Below the pieces are notes generated by a model, which ran no database searches, was not told where the DNA came from, and saw only the letters and a program-made list of their open reading frames with translations. From NCBI GenBank assembly GCA_020137815.1, contig CM035353.1, forward strand, positions 1,984,001-2,048,000: 64,000 nucleotides of DNA, in the 5' to 3' direction. How positions within the stretch are numbered: the stretch's first letter is position 1; each line of letters opens with the position of its first letter. Below, in pieces: positions 18,427 to 36,361 of the stretch. The translations under genes were made by a program, and so were the position numbers. This stretch comes from Hormiphora californensis (lineage: Eukaryota > Animalia > Ctenophora).

Positions 18427-20621
18427 TTTCCCCTTTCTCTCTTCTCTCCTCCCCTTCTCTCTCCTCCTCTTTGGATTTCATCATGTAGTTTGATATAATG
18501 GACCCTTCCCATTCTTCTAACATGCACACTATTATGGTTACGGTAAAAGTATTCCTATAATGCCCATAAAATTTAAATAGGGATTACCATGTCTACAGTT
18601 GCCTAGTAGATGTGTTTTTGTGCCCCCCCCCCTTTAAAAAATTATAGGGGTTAAAAAAAACAAGTCCACCTTCAAGGTCCCTTGAATAAAAGTGCTTTTT
18701 TCCGGGGTGGTTTTATCGGTCGGCTATGGATTTTACACATTTGTCCCATTTCCCCGTTGCCCCGTTCGCTTGCGATTCATTATGGGTAGAGAAGGAGATA
18801 CTGTGATTGTGTATTAGGGAAAGGGAGTTGTTAAGAGAAAAAATTAGGGTCCCCGACGTAAAACCCATCTGCAGCAAAATTCCCCCCCCCTCCCTCCGCT
18901 AATCACGTGATGCCATGTAATCTTGGGAAAACGGGGCCCTAACCTGGCTACTTTTCAATTCTGATGATGATGCAGCCATCCAGGAGATTATATATATATT
19001 ACCGGGGGGGGGACCCTATATCCTCGGGTTATTTGTACTTCTGAAATGTGTGTTTTACTATTTTAAAAGGAGAGAGAGAGAGAGAGAGAGGAAGAAGTGA
19101 GAGAGAAGAGAGAGAGAGAGAGAGGAGAAAAAGGGGAGAGAAAAGGGAAAAGAGAAAAGAGAGAAAAAAGGGGAAAAGGGGAGGAAAAGACGGGGGAAAG
19201 GGGGGGGGCCCCTTTTTCCTTTCTTTTCTTTCCCACTCCCCCCCCCTCGCCCCTTTTTTTTTCGGGGAAAAAGGGGATGGCAGTAGTTAAGTGGATAGAG
19301 TAGGGTTAAGAAGGGAAAAAAGTGGCTGGGGGGGCCTTTCTTCAGGGGTTTCCCCCTTCGGGGGGCGGGGGGGGTTTTGAAACGGCCGCAGGATGTGGAA
19401 TGGGTTAGGATCCCGCCCTTTTTACAAAAGGGAAATAGATATAAAAACTGAGAAAAAGCAGGGGGTTAAAGTTTGGGGGGGGGGAATATGTTTTAGAAAG
19501 TTGGGTTCCCCCCCCCCCCCCTGCATATAATAATAACCTGTTCTGGCTCTTTTATGCAGGGCCCGGCTAGCACTGCCCTTTGTTTTGTTTCTCGCTCTAT
19601 TATTCTTGCAATCATAACTCTGCAGTTTTGGATTGCAAAATGATAGAGAGAAAAATAAAAACGTGTAGGTAGGTTTACCAAATATTGTGAATACTTTCCT
19701 CTCTCTCCCTGAAAAGGTGGTCACTAATTCGAATCAATCATACATTTTGTGTGCCAAAATATATGAAATACTAAATTAAACACACAGTGTCGTGGAATTT
19801 GAAGTAAATGACATGTTTTGCAATGACAAATCCAAACAAATGATTTAATGTCATAAAATTAAAGCAGCTAATCATGTTCATTGTTTGGATTTGTCGTTTC
19901 AAAACATATATATTTTTACATAACATTCCACCATATAACATCACAGGTTTGTTTAGCCGAAACTACCTTTTTAATTAAATCTGTCTTTACACAACATGTC
20001 CCTAACCACACCCAAAATACAGCGGCCACCGCCTATACCATCACGGGTTCCTTATCGTCTAGGGGAGGGCAGCCAATTCTCCTTTATCAAGATGGGAGCT
20101 TCTCTCTGGCTCAGGTCGACATGGCCTGTTACCTGGTATTTTTCTGACAAAGATAGGAGCTATAAACATGACTTTGACCGTCTCACTCTTTCTCTCACCC
20201 GCTTTCTTTCTCTCACTCTCTCCCTCTCTCTCTTCTCACTCACTCACACACTTTCTCTCGCTGATCGCTCTCACCCTCTCTCAGTCTCACTTTCTCTAGT
20301 CTCTCTCCAACATAACAAGATAGGACCAACTGAGGCACAGGGCGAGATAGAATACCTTTCAGAAAACCTCCCTCTCTGTCTCTGTCACTCATGTGGGAAT
20401 ATGTAGGTTGAGCAGCTGGGTCGTCGACCTCGCCCTATCGCACCACGTGAAGGCACCCCACTGGCAATATGCCAACTTTGATATGTGCCACCTGTTATAC
20501 CAGGCAAGGGAAGAATGTTGAAAGTTCCAATGAGATCACCGAGAGAGGGAGAGAGAGAGAGAGTAGTGAGTGATAGAGAGGGGGAGAGTGAGTGATCGAG
20601 TGAGTGATAGAGTGAGTGTGT

Positions 20622-20693
<72 letters not shown>

Positions 20694-22440
20694 GGAAGGG
20701 AGAGAGGTGCCATTATTTGATGAGATCTCTACCGTGGCTCTCTATACAATAATGATATCGATATTCCAGACATTCCAGTTGACGCTTGACTCAAGTCAAT
20801 CTCCAGGAAGATCGTCAATTCTACTACACTATCAATGCGATATTTCAGAGGGGGTGATAATTTACCGCGACTGCTGCTGCTGCTGCTGCTGCTGCAGTGT
20901 GTTCTAGAATGATCATCTAGACCATCTGTGGGTCATATCATATCCTTCTAGAACTCTCTGTCCACGGTATGACTGTGGAATTGAATCAGGGGTTACCATG
21001 AATACTGACGTCTCGGTCGATCCCAAGGAAGGGTCTTCCAAACTCGAAAGAAAGCATTTATTAATCCAAAGCTGGGAAAAATTCCAAAGTCTGTTTTTCC
21101 TTATACATCGTATCTTTTCCAATTTTACAGAATTTAATAGCTGGGTACAAACAAGTACAAACTGAGTTTTGGCAGACGGCCATCATGTTAGGGGCCTCAA
21201 TTGTTCTTGGGACACACCTGCATGTCGAGACACGCACTGTGCTCCACTAACGTCTCGGTTCGATGGTCGCTTGTTACATGTCGTGGATGCTGCAGTGTGC
21301 ACTGTATGATGCAGTGATGGTTTCATTTTTAAAACAACGCTGCACAGTGTACCGTTTTCTGAATTTAGGCAGCTCTCCTCCCCGGCTCAACAATTAAGGG
21401 GGGAAGTAAGGTGCTCTTCCTCATTTACTGACAGACATAACTTCCTGCAGTATCTCAAAGTATTTCAGACAGGGGTCACAAATGGCATCGAAATCGTTCG
21501 AGGATTTAACCATTTATCGAGGGTAACCTTTCAAAACCCGCCCAATCAAATGAAACTTGCGTTGAGGGTGGGGTTTGGACAGTTGATGAAATGAAATGAA
21601 AAAAAAATGCTCCATGGAACTATCAAATAGAATAGGCTATTATATGACAAAGGTTGGCATATTTAAGCCTTTTTTGGACCGGTAATGAAAAAAAAGGTGA
21701 TGTTGGCAAATTTTACGACAGAAAAGTAAGGGGGCCAGCTCCCCAAAAAAACGGCGGGGGCTTTTGCTTCCAAAACCCCCCCGGTGCAGTAGAAGGGGGG
21801 TTTTTTAAACAGCCTGCCTCTGCCTTCCCCCCCGTCCTAAACGTTTTCCCCCCTCTCCCTTTTTTCCCTTTCCCTTCCTCCCCCCTTTCCCCCATTCCAC
21901 CCTATCCTCCCCCCGCCCCCCCTTACCCCCCCAAAAACCCCCCCATGTGAAAAGAAACCCAAAATAGAAAAAAAAAACGATTCCCCTCCCCTTTTCCCCC
22001 CCCCTTTTCCCCCCCCCTTCCTCCTTTCCCCCACCCATTTTTCTTTTCTCCCCTTTCCCCCCCCCAAAACCCCCCTCTCTCTCCTCCTCTCCTCTCCCTC
22101 CTACCTCCTTTTTTTTTTTACCTCTCTTTCACTTTACCTCTCTTTTCCTTGCCCAGCAAGCAGCAAATTCAAGTTTGTCTGTAACTGTGCACACTACCGT
22201 TGACCATCCGTGCCGTTCGACTCAGAGAGAGAACAAGAAAGAGAGCAAAAGAGGAGAGAGAGAGAAGAGGGAGAGAGAAAAAAGGGAGAGAGAGAGGGAG
22301 AGGGGAGAGAGAGAGGAGAGAACACAGACCACACGCACCAAAAATTTCCCCACAAAAAGCTTTATAAAAGGGGACTGGGAAAAAACTCAATAAGTGCTGG
22401 GGGGGACATGAATAGGGTATCTTGGGTACCCCCCCAACCC

Positions 22441-22477
<37 letters not shown>

Positions 22478-23520
22478 CTCCTCTCTCTCTCTCTCCTCTC
22501 TCTCCGCTTTTTTCCTCTTCCTCTCTCCTCTTCCCTTTTCCCCTCTAACTCAAAAAAAGGGGGTACTTTGAAAAGTGTTTTGAGAACGGTACATTGAAAA
22601 AAAGTGTTACAAAATCAAGATTTCCATACAGTGATTTTAGTTTCCTGGGAAACTGCCAATTAGATTTGAGAAGGACGATAGGAAAAAAAGAAAACCGTTT
22701 GTTTGCAAAAGGTTTTTTTCAAAGTTTTTTTCTTTGGAGGTAAAATTTGGGGGAGGTAAATTTAAACTTTTAGGATTTCTTAATTCCCAAAATGGGAAAT
22801 TATTCCGGTTTTTTTTGCCCGTACCTTTTAAATTTTTAATCATTTCCGAAATAAAAAACTTGGGGGCGGGAAAAAAAATTTTTCCTCAATTTTTTTCCTC
22901 TTTTCCTTCTCCTTTCCCCCCTTTCCCCCCTATTCCCCCTTCCCATCCTTCCACTCCCTTTTTCCCCCTTCTCTTTCTCCCCTTTCCTTTTCTCTTCCCC
23001 TTTTAAAAATCCTCCTTTTTTCCTCATCCCCCCCCTCTTTCCCCCTTTTTAACCAATTTTTTTTTTTTTTAAACCCCCCCCCCCCCCATTTTTTTCCCCT
23101 TTTTTTCCCCGGGGGGGGGGGGGGTTTTTTTTTTTTTTTATGAACTTTGGGGAATTATTTAAAAGGGTTCCCCAATTTTGTAAACTTCAGATTTTCTGAG
23201 ATCACCACATTCCCCTTTTTGGAAACCAAAAAAAACTGGGGGTTCAAGAACTTTTTTTTGAAAATCTGGGCCGTTTTTTTTTAAAAAAAGGAAAAACCCC
23301 AAAAACCCAAAAAAAAGAAAAGGGGAAAAGGAAGAAACCCCATTTTGGGGAAGGGGGAAAAAAAAAAAAAAAAAAAGGGGGGGGGAAAAGAGGGGAAGAG
23401 GAGGAAGAGGAGGAGAAAGGGAGGGAAAACCCGAGGTGCAAAACTTGCGTGGCAAGGAAAAAAAGGACCCCATTGATTTGGCCTAAAAGACCTTAGGGCC
23501 GGGGTGGGGAAAAACGAAAA

Positions 23521-25161
23521 AGGGGGACCGGGGGAATTTACGGTCATTTTTTTTAAAGGGGAAATTATATGATTTTATATTTTTTAAATTTTGGGGTTTT
23601 GTTTAATAACAAAAAAGGATTTTTAATTAAAAATTTTGGAAAAAATTTTAAAAATTATTTAAATTAAGGGTCAGAATTTCACAATATGATACTTTCTATT
23701 CAGTTTCATCATCAAAATGACATTAGCTTTCGATTTAATTAGCTAATTGGCATTTTAATGAAGCGGGGCAATTCGGACAATTTGGGGCAATTCGGACGAA
23801 AAAATCGGGGGCAATTCGGTCATAATCCAGATTGCCCCATGGGGCAATTTGGACTAGACCAAATTGCCCCATGGGGCAAATTGGTTAAAACAAATTGGCC
23901 TCATGGCGCCATTATACTCGTTTCTATGGTAACCATAGACAACCTACTTTCATAATTATCCTATTCAATCAATATAGATGGCTAAACTGAGTAAATAGAC
24001 CAAAAAATAGAAAAAAGGCGCATTTTACAACCAATTTCTCTGGTTGCCAAGGTAACAAGTCAATACATGGTGTGGCATTCGATAAACCAACTTCATAGGG
24101 TGCTCCAGAATATCTAGGACTGGTGCTTTGATGACCAAAAGTAGTGTTTTATCATGATAATCATCCATATGCAGCTGATATAACTGAATAAAGGGATAAA
24201 TTTCAGGCTAACTTAGAGCAATAGGCATACATTTGATAACCAAAGCCCCTGACTGGCTGGTAACTGAAGGTAGTCTGATGTCTCATTGTGACTCACAATC
24301 ATGTTTAAATAATCGATAGTCTAATAATACGGATGTAATGGGTGAATTTGGAGCAAGAAAATAGTACATTAATGCAAATTCGCCGGTTACTATGGTAACA
24401 AACTCCGTTGCTATAGTAACCCCAGGGAATTGCATTGAGTGGGAATCGGCCACTAACATGATTAATTAGACTGGATCCCCATAATAGTAATTTCTGGCCT
24501 TGTAAGCACCTGAAAACACAAACAGCATTCCTTTGAAAACCGTAGCTTTATTTGTGGTTTTTTATCTTTGATGTCGATTTTCTCAAAAACCCTATTTGGG
24601 ATTAGATTAAATCTTTTTCTAATCGACTAGGCTAATCCTGAGCTTTCGAAAATGCACCCTATAGATATAGATCTGATGAACACTTAATTTTTTGGTTAAT
24701 TAGGCTAATTACTACTTAATTAACTAATTTTGAAAAAAGGAATAGCACGGGATACTAAATTACTAGATGACTGAAAAGTTTGAAATCGATATCTCAAAAA
24801 CTGTGGCTACAATCTAAGTTTGTCCAAATAGCCCCAACCTCGGTCTGATTTACATCACAGATTTACAGCTGGGGCAATGTGGTGTGTCGCGGTCACGTGA
24901 TTGAATGCGCGCATTGTGATTGGTCTAGAAGCCACTAGTCCAAATTGCCCCGTGTCTCGCGATCAAAAATATTCCGACTTACCTTCATTAACAAGGTTAA
25001 TTAGCTATCTAAAAGTTATGTTTTCGATTCAAATTTGTTCTGAGGCTCAAGATAAAGGTTCAGTTGCACAAATTGAGTAACTAACTAATTGATTAAGTAA
25101 ATTAATGGCTCTTGAAATACCAATTGAATGCCAAAACCGTCCAAATTACCCCGGTCTACCC
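23521..25161. mobile_element. TA-targeting non-autonomous DNA element inserted in the retrotransposon ORF
   Basis: Right end gtccaaattaccccggtctaccc|ta; degraded left end agggggaccgggggaattt lies in low-quality sequence; repeated ggggcaatt(c/t)ggac motifs. Confidence 0.6.
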
Positions 25162-25777
25162 TACCAAGAACTACGGAGAGAGATCACGAGAATTTGGGAG
25201 CTCAAAAAGGCCACGGTCATTCCCATCGTGATTGGAGCTCTTGGCGGAGTTAGCCCCCGACTGGAGAAGTACTTGCAGGCTATAACCCGGCAAATCTACC
25301 CCTCACAGCTCCAAAAATCAGTCCTCTTCAACTCGATGAACACGCTCCGGAAAGTTCTCGACATGTAATCAGCCTCCGGATACCCCATGGATTGCCCCCC
25401 CCCCCCCCATTTTGTATTTTCACCCGTTCCTGCTTGTTTTTAGGCTGCCTTAGATCCCGTTCCAGAAATTTGCTTCTTCGGCTCCTGATAGGTTGAATCT
25501 TCTTAGTCTCCGTTGCAGAAGGTTGGGCTTCTTTCCAGATAGTTTAGAAGGTCTTGTGCTCCGTCACCATGAGCTTTATTCCCCCTTGTTTATTTTTATC
25601 CTTACTTTACCCCATATGTACATTGTTCAACATACCCTTATGTACATTGTTCTACCTACCATTACTCCGCAGGCCCTCCGGGCCCTCAGATCCAACAGGA
25701 TCCGGGCTCGGGGGATTTAACCCTGCTCTCGCACGGGGCCTTACGGCCCCGTGTGGGAGTGGTGCGTGTAGTGGACC
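25162..25777 (+). mobile_element. 3' end of an RLE-type non-LTR retrotransposon (R4/Dong-like) abutting (GA)n
   Basis: YQELRREITRIWELKKATVIPIVIGALGGVSPRLEKYL...LQKSVLFNSMNTLRKVLDM* (stop at 25368) is a restriction-like endonuclease C-terminus; structured 3' UTR ends gtagtggacc then (GA)n. Confidence 0.82.
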
Positions 25778-27528
25778 GAGAGAGAGAGAGAGAGAGAGAT
25801 GATTCCTAGGAATACTGGCTGAGTTACGAGTTGAGTATTGAGTATCTTTTCCGTGCTATTCCCAATCAGATAGTTCCACGGAAATTGTCACTACACACTA
25901 CACCCCCCCCCCCATTTCTTGTATACGTGTTACTTGGAAAGACAATAAAAGAACGACCAATATGTACTTTGTTGCCCATGGCTGACAATGCATATTGTAA
26001 CAGCTGTCATTATATCACGTGGTTTAACCATCCTTTCTTTCACACACCAGGTGCGACACTAAAATGAAACATTCACAAGTCACAATTCTAAGGGACGCAC
26101 AATATTTAATAATTTTAACGCGACAAGAATACTGCCCACTATACCACCCCCCATCCCCTCATATTTCTACATGAGAGATGTATCAGCTTTACTTTGAAAT
26201 GTAAATGTAGAAGGGACAAAAAGATGAGGCGGGGGAATATATATATTTGCATTATGTTAAGAGGGGATGGGCATCATTAAATATTATATGTGGGGATGAA
26301 TGCGTGTATGCCCCTTCCGGCTCCACTCTTTGGCAAGGTGCCAAACTGAATTAGGACAAGAGTTATCCTGTGTGAATCAGGACAATTTACTTTTGCTACT
26401 TTCCTAATCGAAAGTGGGCCCACTTTCGAGTACGAAAGTAGCAAAAGTGTCTCCGGCCCAGTCCCCCCCCCCCCCCCCCCCGTCTGATGTGATGCTAATA
26501 ACGTCATGGCAGACTGTTACAAATATGTGTTAAGATAAGGAATTTTGCCTTTCGCATACATCACATAATGTGATGATTTAAGATGGTTTTTTACGTATGT
26601 CGCGTGACCGACATTTAATACAGTTTCTCTATTTATATTTCGACTGTATGGCGGCCGTGTATATGGAATAATTATGGTCAAACATTACGGAACAATGAAT
26701 GTAAAATTAGTTGATAGAATGGGGACTGAGTTAGTTTAAAGAATGTTGCCGTTTTGGACTGAGTTAGTCTGAAGAATGGGGCTGTTTTACCAAAATTCAG
26801 TCATGTCAGGTTGTAAAACCCGTTATTCTCTGCTAGACGAACGTTCGCTAGATGACTTAACCGTTAACGCTGCAAAACCTGTCAGATATTGCTAGGGCAA
26901 TGATGATTTAACCACCCTGCAAAAAAAACATCTGGTTTGCGATTTTGGCAGTAGATGTGACGGCAGATGGTAGGGGCATTGATAGATTTATGGGTCCTTG
27001 GATGTAAGCCAAAAACATGCTCTCCCGCAACATGCTCCCGCTCTCTCAGCCCCCCTCTCCCGCCGTTATAGGAACCACGTTCTAGCTCTCGCTCTCTCTC
27101 TCTCGCGGGCCGTTACCAAAACATCGAGAGGGTCTACACCATCCGGGCATAACCTTTACAAAGCACATCACCTTGCTACGAAACTTTGTTGCCATCGCGC
27201 GCGCGTTCTAACTCCGCGCGGACTGTGGGGGTGTGTCATATCAGTGTATTTTGTGATTTGGTATTTAGCTTTCCCACGGTTGATCGATTAGATGATTTAT
27301 AGGGCATGTATGGTATGCGGGTATAGGTAGTCCGTCTCTAATCTTCAAACCTGCTCTTAACATGCAGTAATCTCTTTCTCTGAGAGAAAGAATGTAGACT
27401 CATAACATCATGGCTATTTGCATGCATTAAACCTGGGGAATGTTGAGTGATAATATGTGGGCGTGTCTAAATCTTTCTCATCATTCCTGGAATTCAGTCA
27501 TCTTCCACCATTCTGATATACCTCCTTT

Positions 27529-29566
27529 CTGGCCGCCACTTGTAACCACCCCTGGCCGCCACTTGTAACCACCCCTGGCCGCCACTTGTAACCACCCCTG
27601 GCCGCCACTTGTAACCACCCCTGGCCGCCACTTGTAACCACCCCCATTCTCCCTACTTTAGCACCTGTAACCACCCATTCCTCCTACTATAGCACCTTTA
27701 ACCACCCATTCTCCCTACTTTAGCACCTTTAACCACCCATTCTCCCTACTATAGCACCTTTAACCACCCATTCTCCCTACTTTAACACCTTTAACCACCC
27801 ATTCCTCCTACTATAGTACCTGTAACCACCCATTCTCCCTACTTTAACACCTTTAACCACCCATTCTCCCTACTATAGCACCTTTAACCACCCATTCCTC
27901 CTACTATAGTACCTGTAACCACCCATTCTCCCTACTTTAACACCTTTAACCACCCATTCTCCCTACTATAGCACCTTTAACCACCCATTCTTCCTACTAT
28001 AGCACCTTTAACCACCCATTCTCCCTACTATAGCACCTTTAACCACCCATTCTCCCTACATTAGCACCTTAAACCACCCATTCTCCCTACTTTAACACCT
28101 GTAACCACCCATTTTTTCATACTATAGCACCTTTAACCACCCATTCTCCCTACATTAACACCTTTAACCACCCATTATCCCTACTATCATAGCACCTGTA
28201 ACCACCCATTCTCCCTACTATAGCACCTGTAACCACCCCCATTCTCCCTACTTTAACACATTTAACCACCCATTCTCCCTACTATAGCACCTGTAACCCC
28301 CCATTCTCCCTACTTTAGCACCTGTAACCCCCATTCTCCCTACATTAGCACCTTTAACCACCCATTCTCCCTACTTTAGCACCTTTAACCACCCATTCTC
28401 CCTACTATAGCACCTTTAACCACCCATTCTCCCTACTATAGCACCTGTAACCCCCCATTCTCCCTACTTTAGCACCTGTAACCCCCATTCTCCCTACATT
28501 AGCACCTTTAACCACCCATTCTCCCTACTTTAGCACCTTTAACCACCCATTCTCCCTACTATAGCACCTTTAACCACCCATTCTCCCTACTTTAGCACCT
28601 GTAACCCCCCATTTTTCCTACTTTAACACCTTAAACCACCCATTCTCCCTACTTTAACACCTGTAACCACCCATTTTTTCATACTATAGCACCTTTAACC
28701 ACCCATTCTCCCTACATTAACACCTTTAACCACCCATTATCCCTACTATCATAGCACCTGTAACCACCCATTCTCCCTACTATAGCACCTGTAACCACCC
28801 CCATTCTCCCTACTTTAACACATTTAACCACCCATTCTCCCTACTATAGCACCTGTAACCACCCATTCTCCCTACTATAGCACCTGTAACCACCCATTCT
28901 CCCTACTATAGCACCTGTAACCACCCATTCTCCCTACTTTAACACCTTTAACCACCCATTCTTCCTACTATGGCACCTGTAACCACCCATTCTCCCTACT
29001 ATAGCACCTTTGACCACCCATTCTCCCTACTTTAGCACCTTTAACCACCCATTCTCCCTACTATAGCACCTGTAACCACCCATTCTCTCTACTTTAACAC
29101 CTTTAACCACCCATTCTCCCTACTATAGCACCTGTAACCACCCATTCTCCCTACTATAGCACCTGTAACCACCCATTCTCCCTACTTTAACACCTTTAAC
29201 CACCCATTCTTCCTACTATGGCACCTGTAACCACCCATTCTCCCTACTATAGCACCTTTGACCACCCATTCTCCCTACTTTAACACCTTTAGCCACCCAT
29301 TCTCCCTACTTTAGCACCTTTAACCACCCATTCTCCCTACTATAGCACCTGTAACCACCCATTCTCTCTACTTTAACACCTTTAACCACCCATTCTCCCT
29401 ACTATAGCACCTGTAACCACCCATTCTCCCTACTATAGCACCTTTAACCACCCATTCTCCCTACTTTAACACCTTTAACCACCCATTCTCCCTACTATAG
29501 CACCTTTAACCACCCATTTTTCCTACTTTAACACCTTTAACCACCCATTCTCCCTACTTTAGCACC
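27529..29566 (+). repeat. Minisatellite: 5x 23-bp unit then ~60x 31-bp unit (accacccattctccctactatagcaccttta)
   Basis: Direct inspection; ends a few nt before the ATG at 29573. Confidence 0.95.
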
Positions 29567-29572
29567 ACCGCA

Positions 29573-35033
<5,461 letters not shown>

Positions 35034-35445
35034 TTATTGCCAAAGACGCCTCAAACTGTGACTGTATTCTACTAATTTCATGTGACGAATTATTTATAAA
35101 GTTTGATAATTACCAATTGTGTTTCCAAGATTTTATCCATTTCAGAAAAATCGTTGTCATCTTTTTGCTTTTTTTCCTTTGTTGCCGCCAACTTCCGATC
35201 CCACTGTCTGACAATACCCCAACGTAGGTCTTCGTCGGTGAAGACCGACGGGCAAGATTCGGCTAGGGTACTGACCAGAAGGACCGCACTCGTACATACG
35301 TACTCTGGTCTTGGGTGTCCTTCCCAGGGGATCGTCAACATTACATTAATGAAACTGCAACGCGCGTGAAATAATTTTTCACGCTGCAATCTAGCGCGCG
35401 CGATATCAGATCTTTAATCGCGCGCGCGAAATTTTACTTGAATGT

Positions 35446-35656
35446 GGGACAGTCCACGTCTGAGTGAGATAATCTCACTCAGACATCACAGAATTTCTCC
35501 TAAATGTACAATCTTTTTTACAAAAATAGAGTTGCTACATAAGCTAGAGATGCTCTAGTTTATATAGCAACTCTAATTTTTGTAAAAAGATTGTACACTT
35601 AGGAGAAATTCTGTGATGTCTGAGTGAGATTATCTCACTCAGACGTGGACTGTCCC
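35446..35656. mobile_element. 211-bp palindromic MITE, 4-bp TSD (Sola2-like termini)
   Basis: gggacagtccacgtctgagtgagat ... atctcactcagacgtggactgtccc; TSD atgt. Confidence 0.82.
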
Positions 35657-36361
35657 ATGTAGAAAAATCCAGCTCTGGAATTTTTAAAATTGGCCAGATT
35701 TAAAAATCCTGCGTTCTGATTGGTTGAAATTTCGCGTGCTCGAAATTTCAGCCCATCAGAGCGCAGAATTTGAGCCGCACACGCGCCGCGGTGCGTGGGA
35801 AAAACCGTAAGGGCTTCCACTATTGGGGACTGCAGCGTAGGCCAAGATTTAAAAGGCCCTCTGAGAAAAAATTTTGGCCATCGTTTTACTCTACAGACTA
35901 CAGGCTACAGCGGTACTACGTTGGTGGTACTACGTTGGTGACCACATATAGCGTCCACGATGTATGTCCACGATGTATGAGATGCACTCCACTATCATTA
36001 AATGCTTTTTGGACATCGTAGACACCCGACACAAGAAAAAGCTTTAGGCGATCAGCGATGCTGTGGCCTGTGTGGGCGGCCAATATGATAGAGCCGGGAG
36101 AAGTGAGCACCACTGTTAGGACGCCACTGTTGACTTCAATGAAGGAAGTAGGCAAATTGTTCCTTTGGCTAGAGGAATTAGGTCCAGAAAGGTTTCTAAA
36201 TTTCCTGGCTCCCCTCTGGAGTAGGCTCTCGAACTTTTGAGCTTGTCGCCTTGTACATTGAATTTAAAAGTCAGGTTTGTACAATGCAAAGCATGCTAAA
36301 TAATAACTAATTTTTAGCTGTAGCGACTGAGATGACTAACTGTCGGTAGCCCAGACAAATC

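Noticed and set aside
21650-23680. G/K/F/P-rich ORFs and G-quadruplex-like runs (also 4482-5450, 18600-19550, 48100-49600)
   Set aside because: Homopolymer-inflated low-quality sequence; not interpretable.
35090-35389. 99-aa minus-strand ORF
   Set aside because: No recognisable domain or exon chain; lies among repeat-like sequence.
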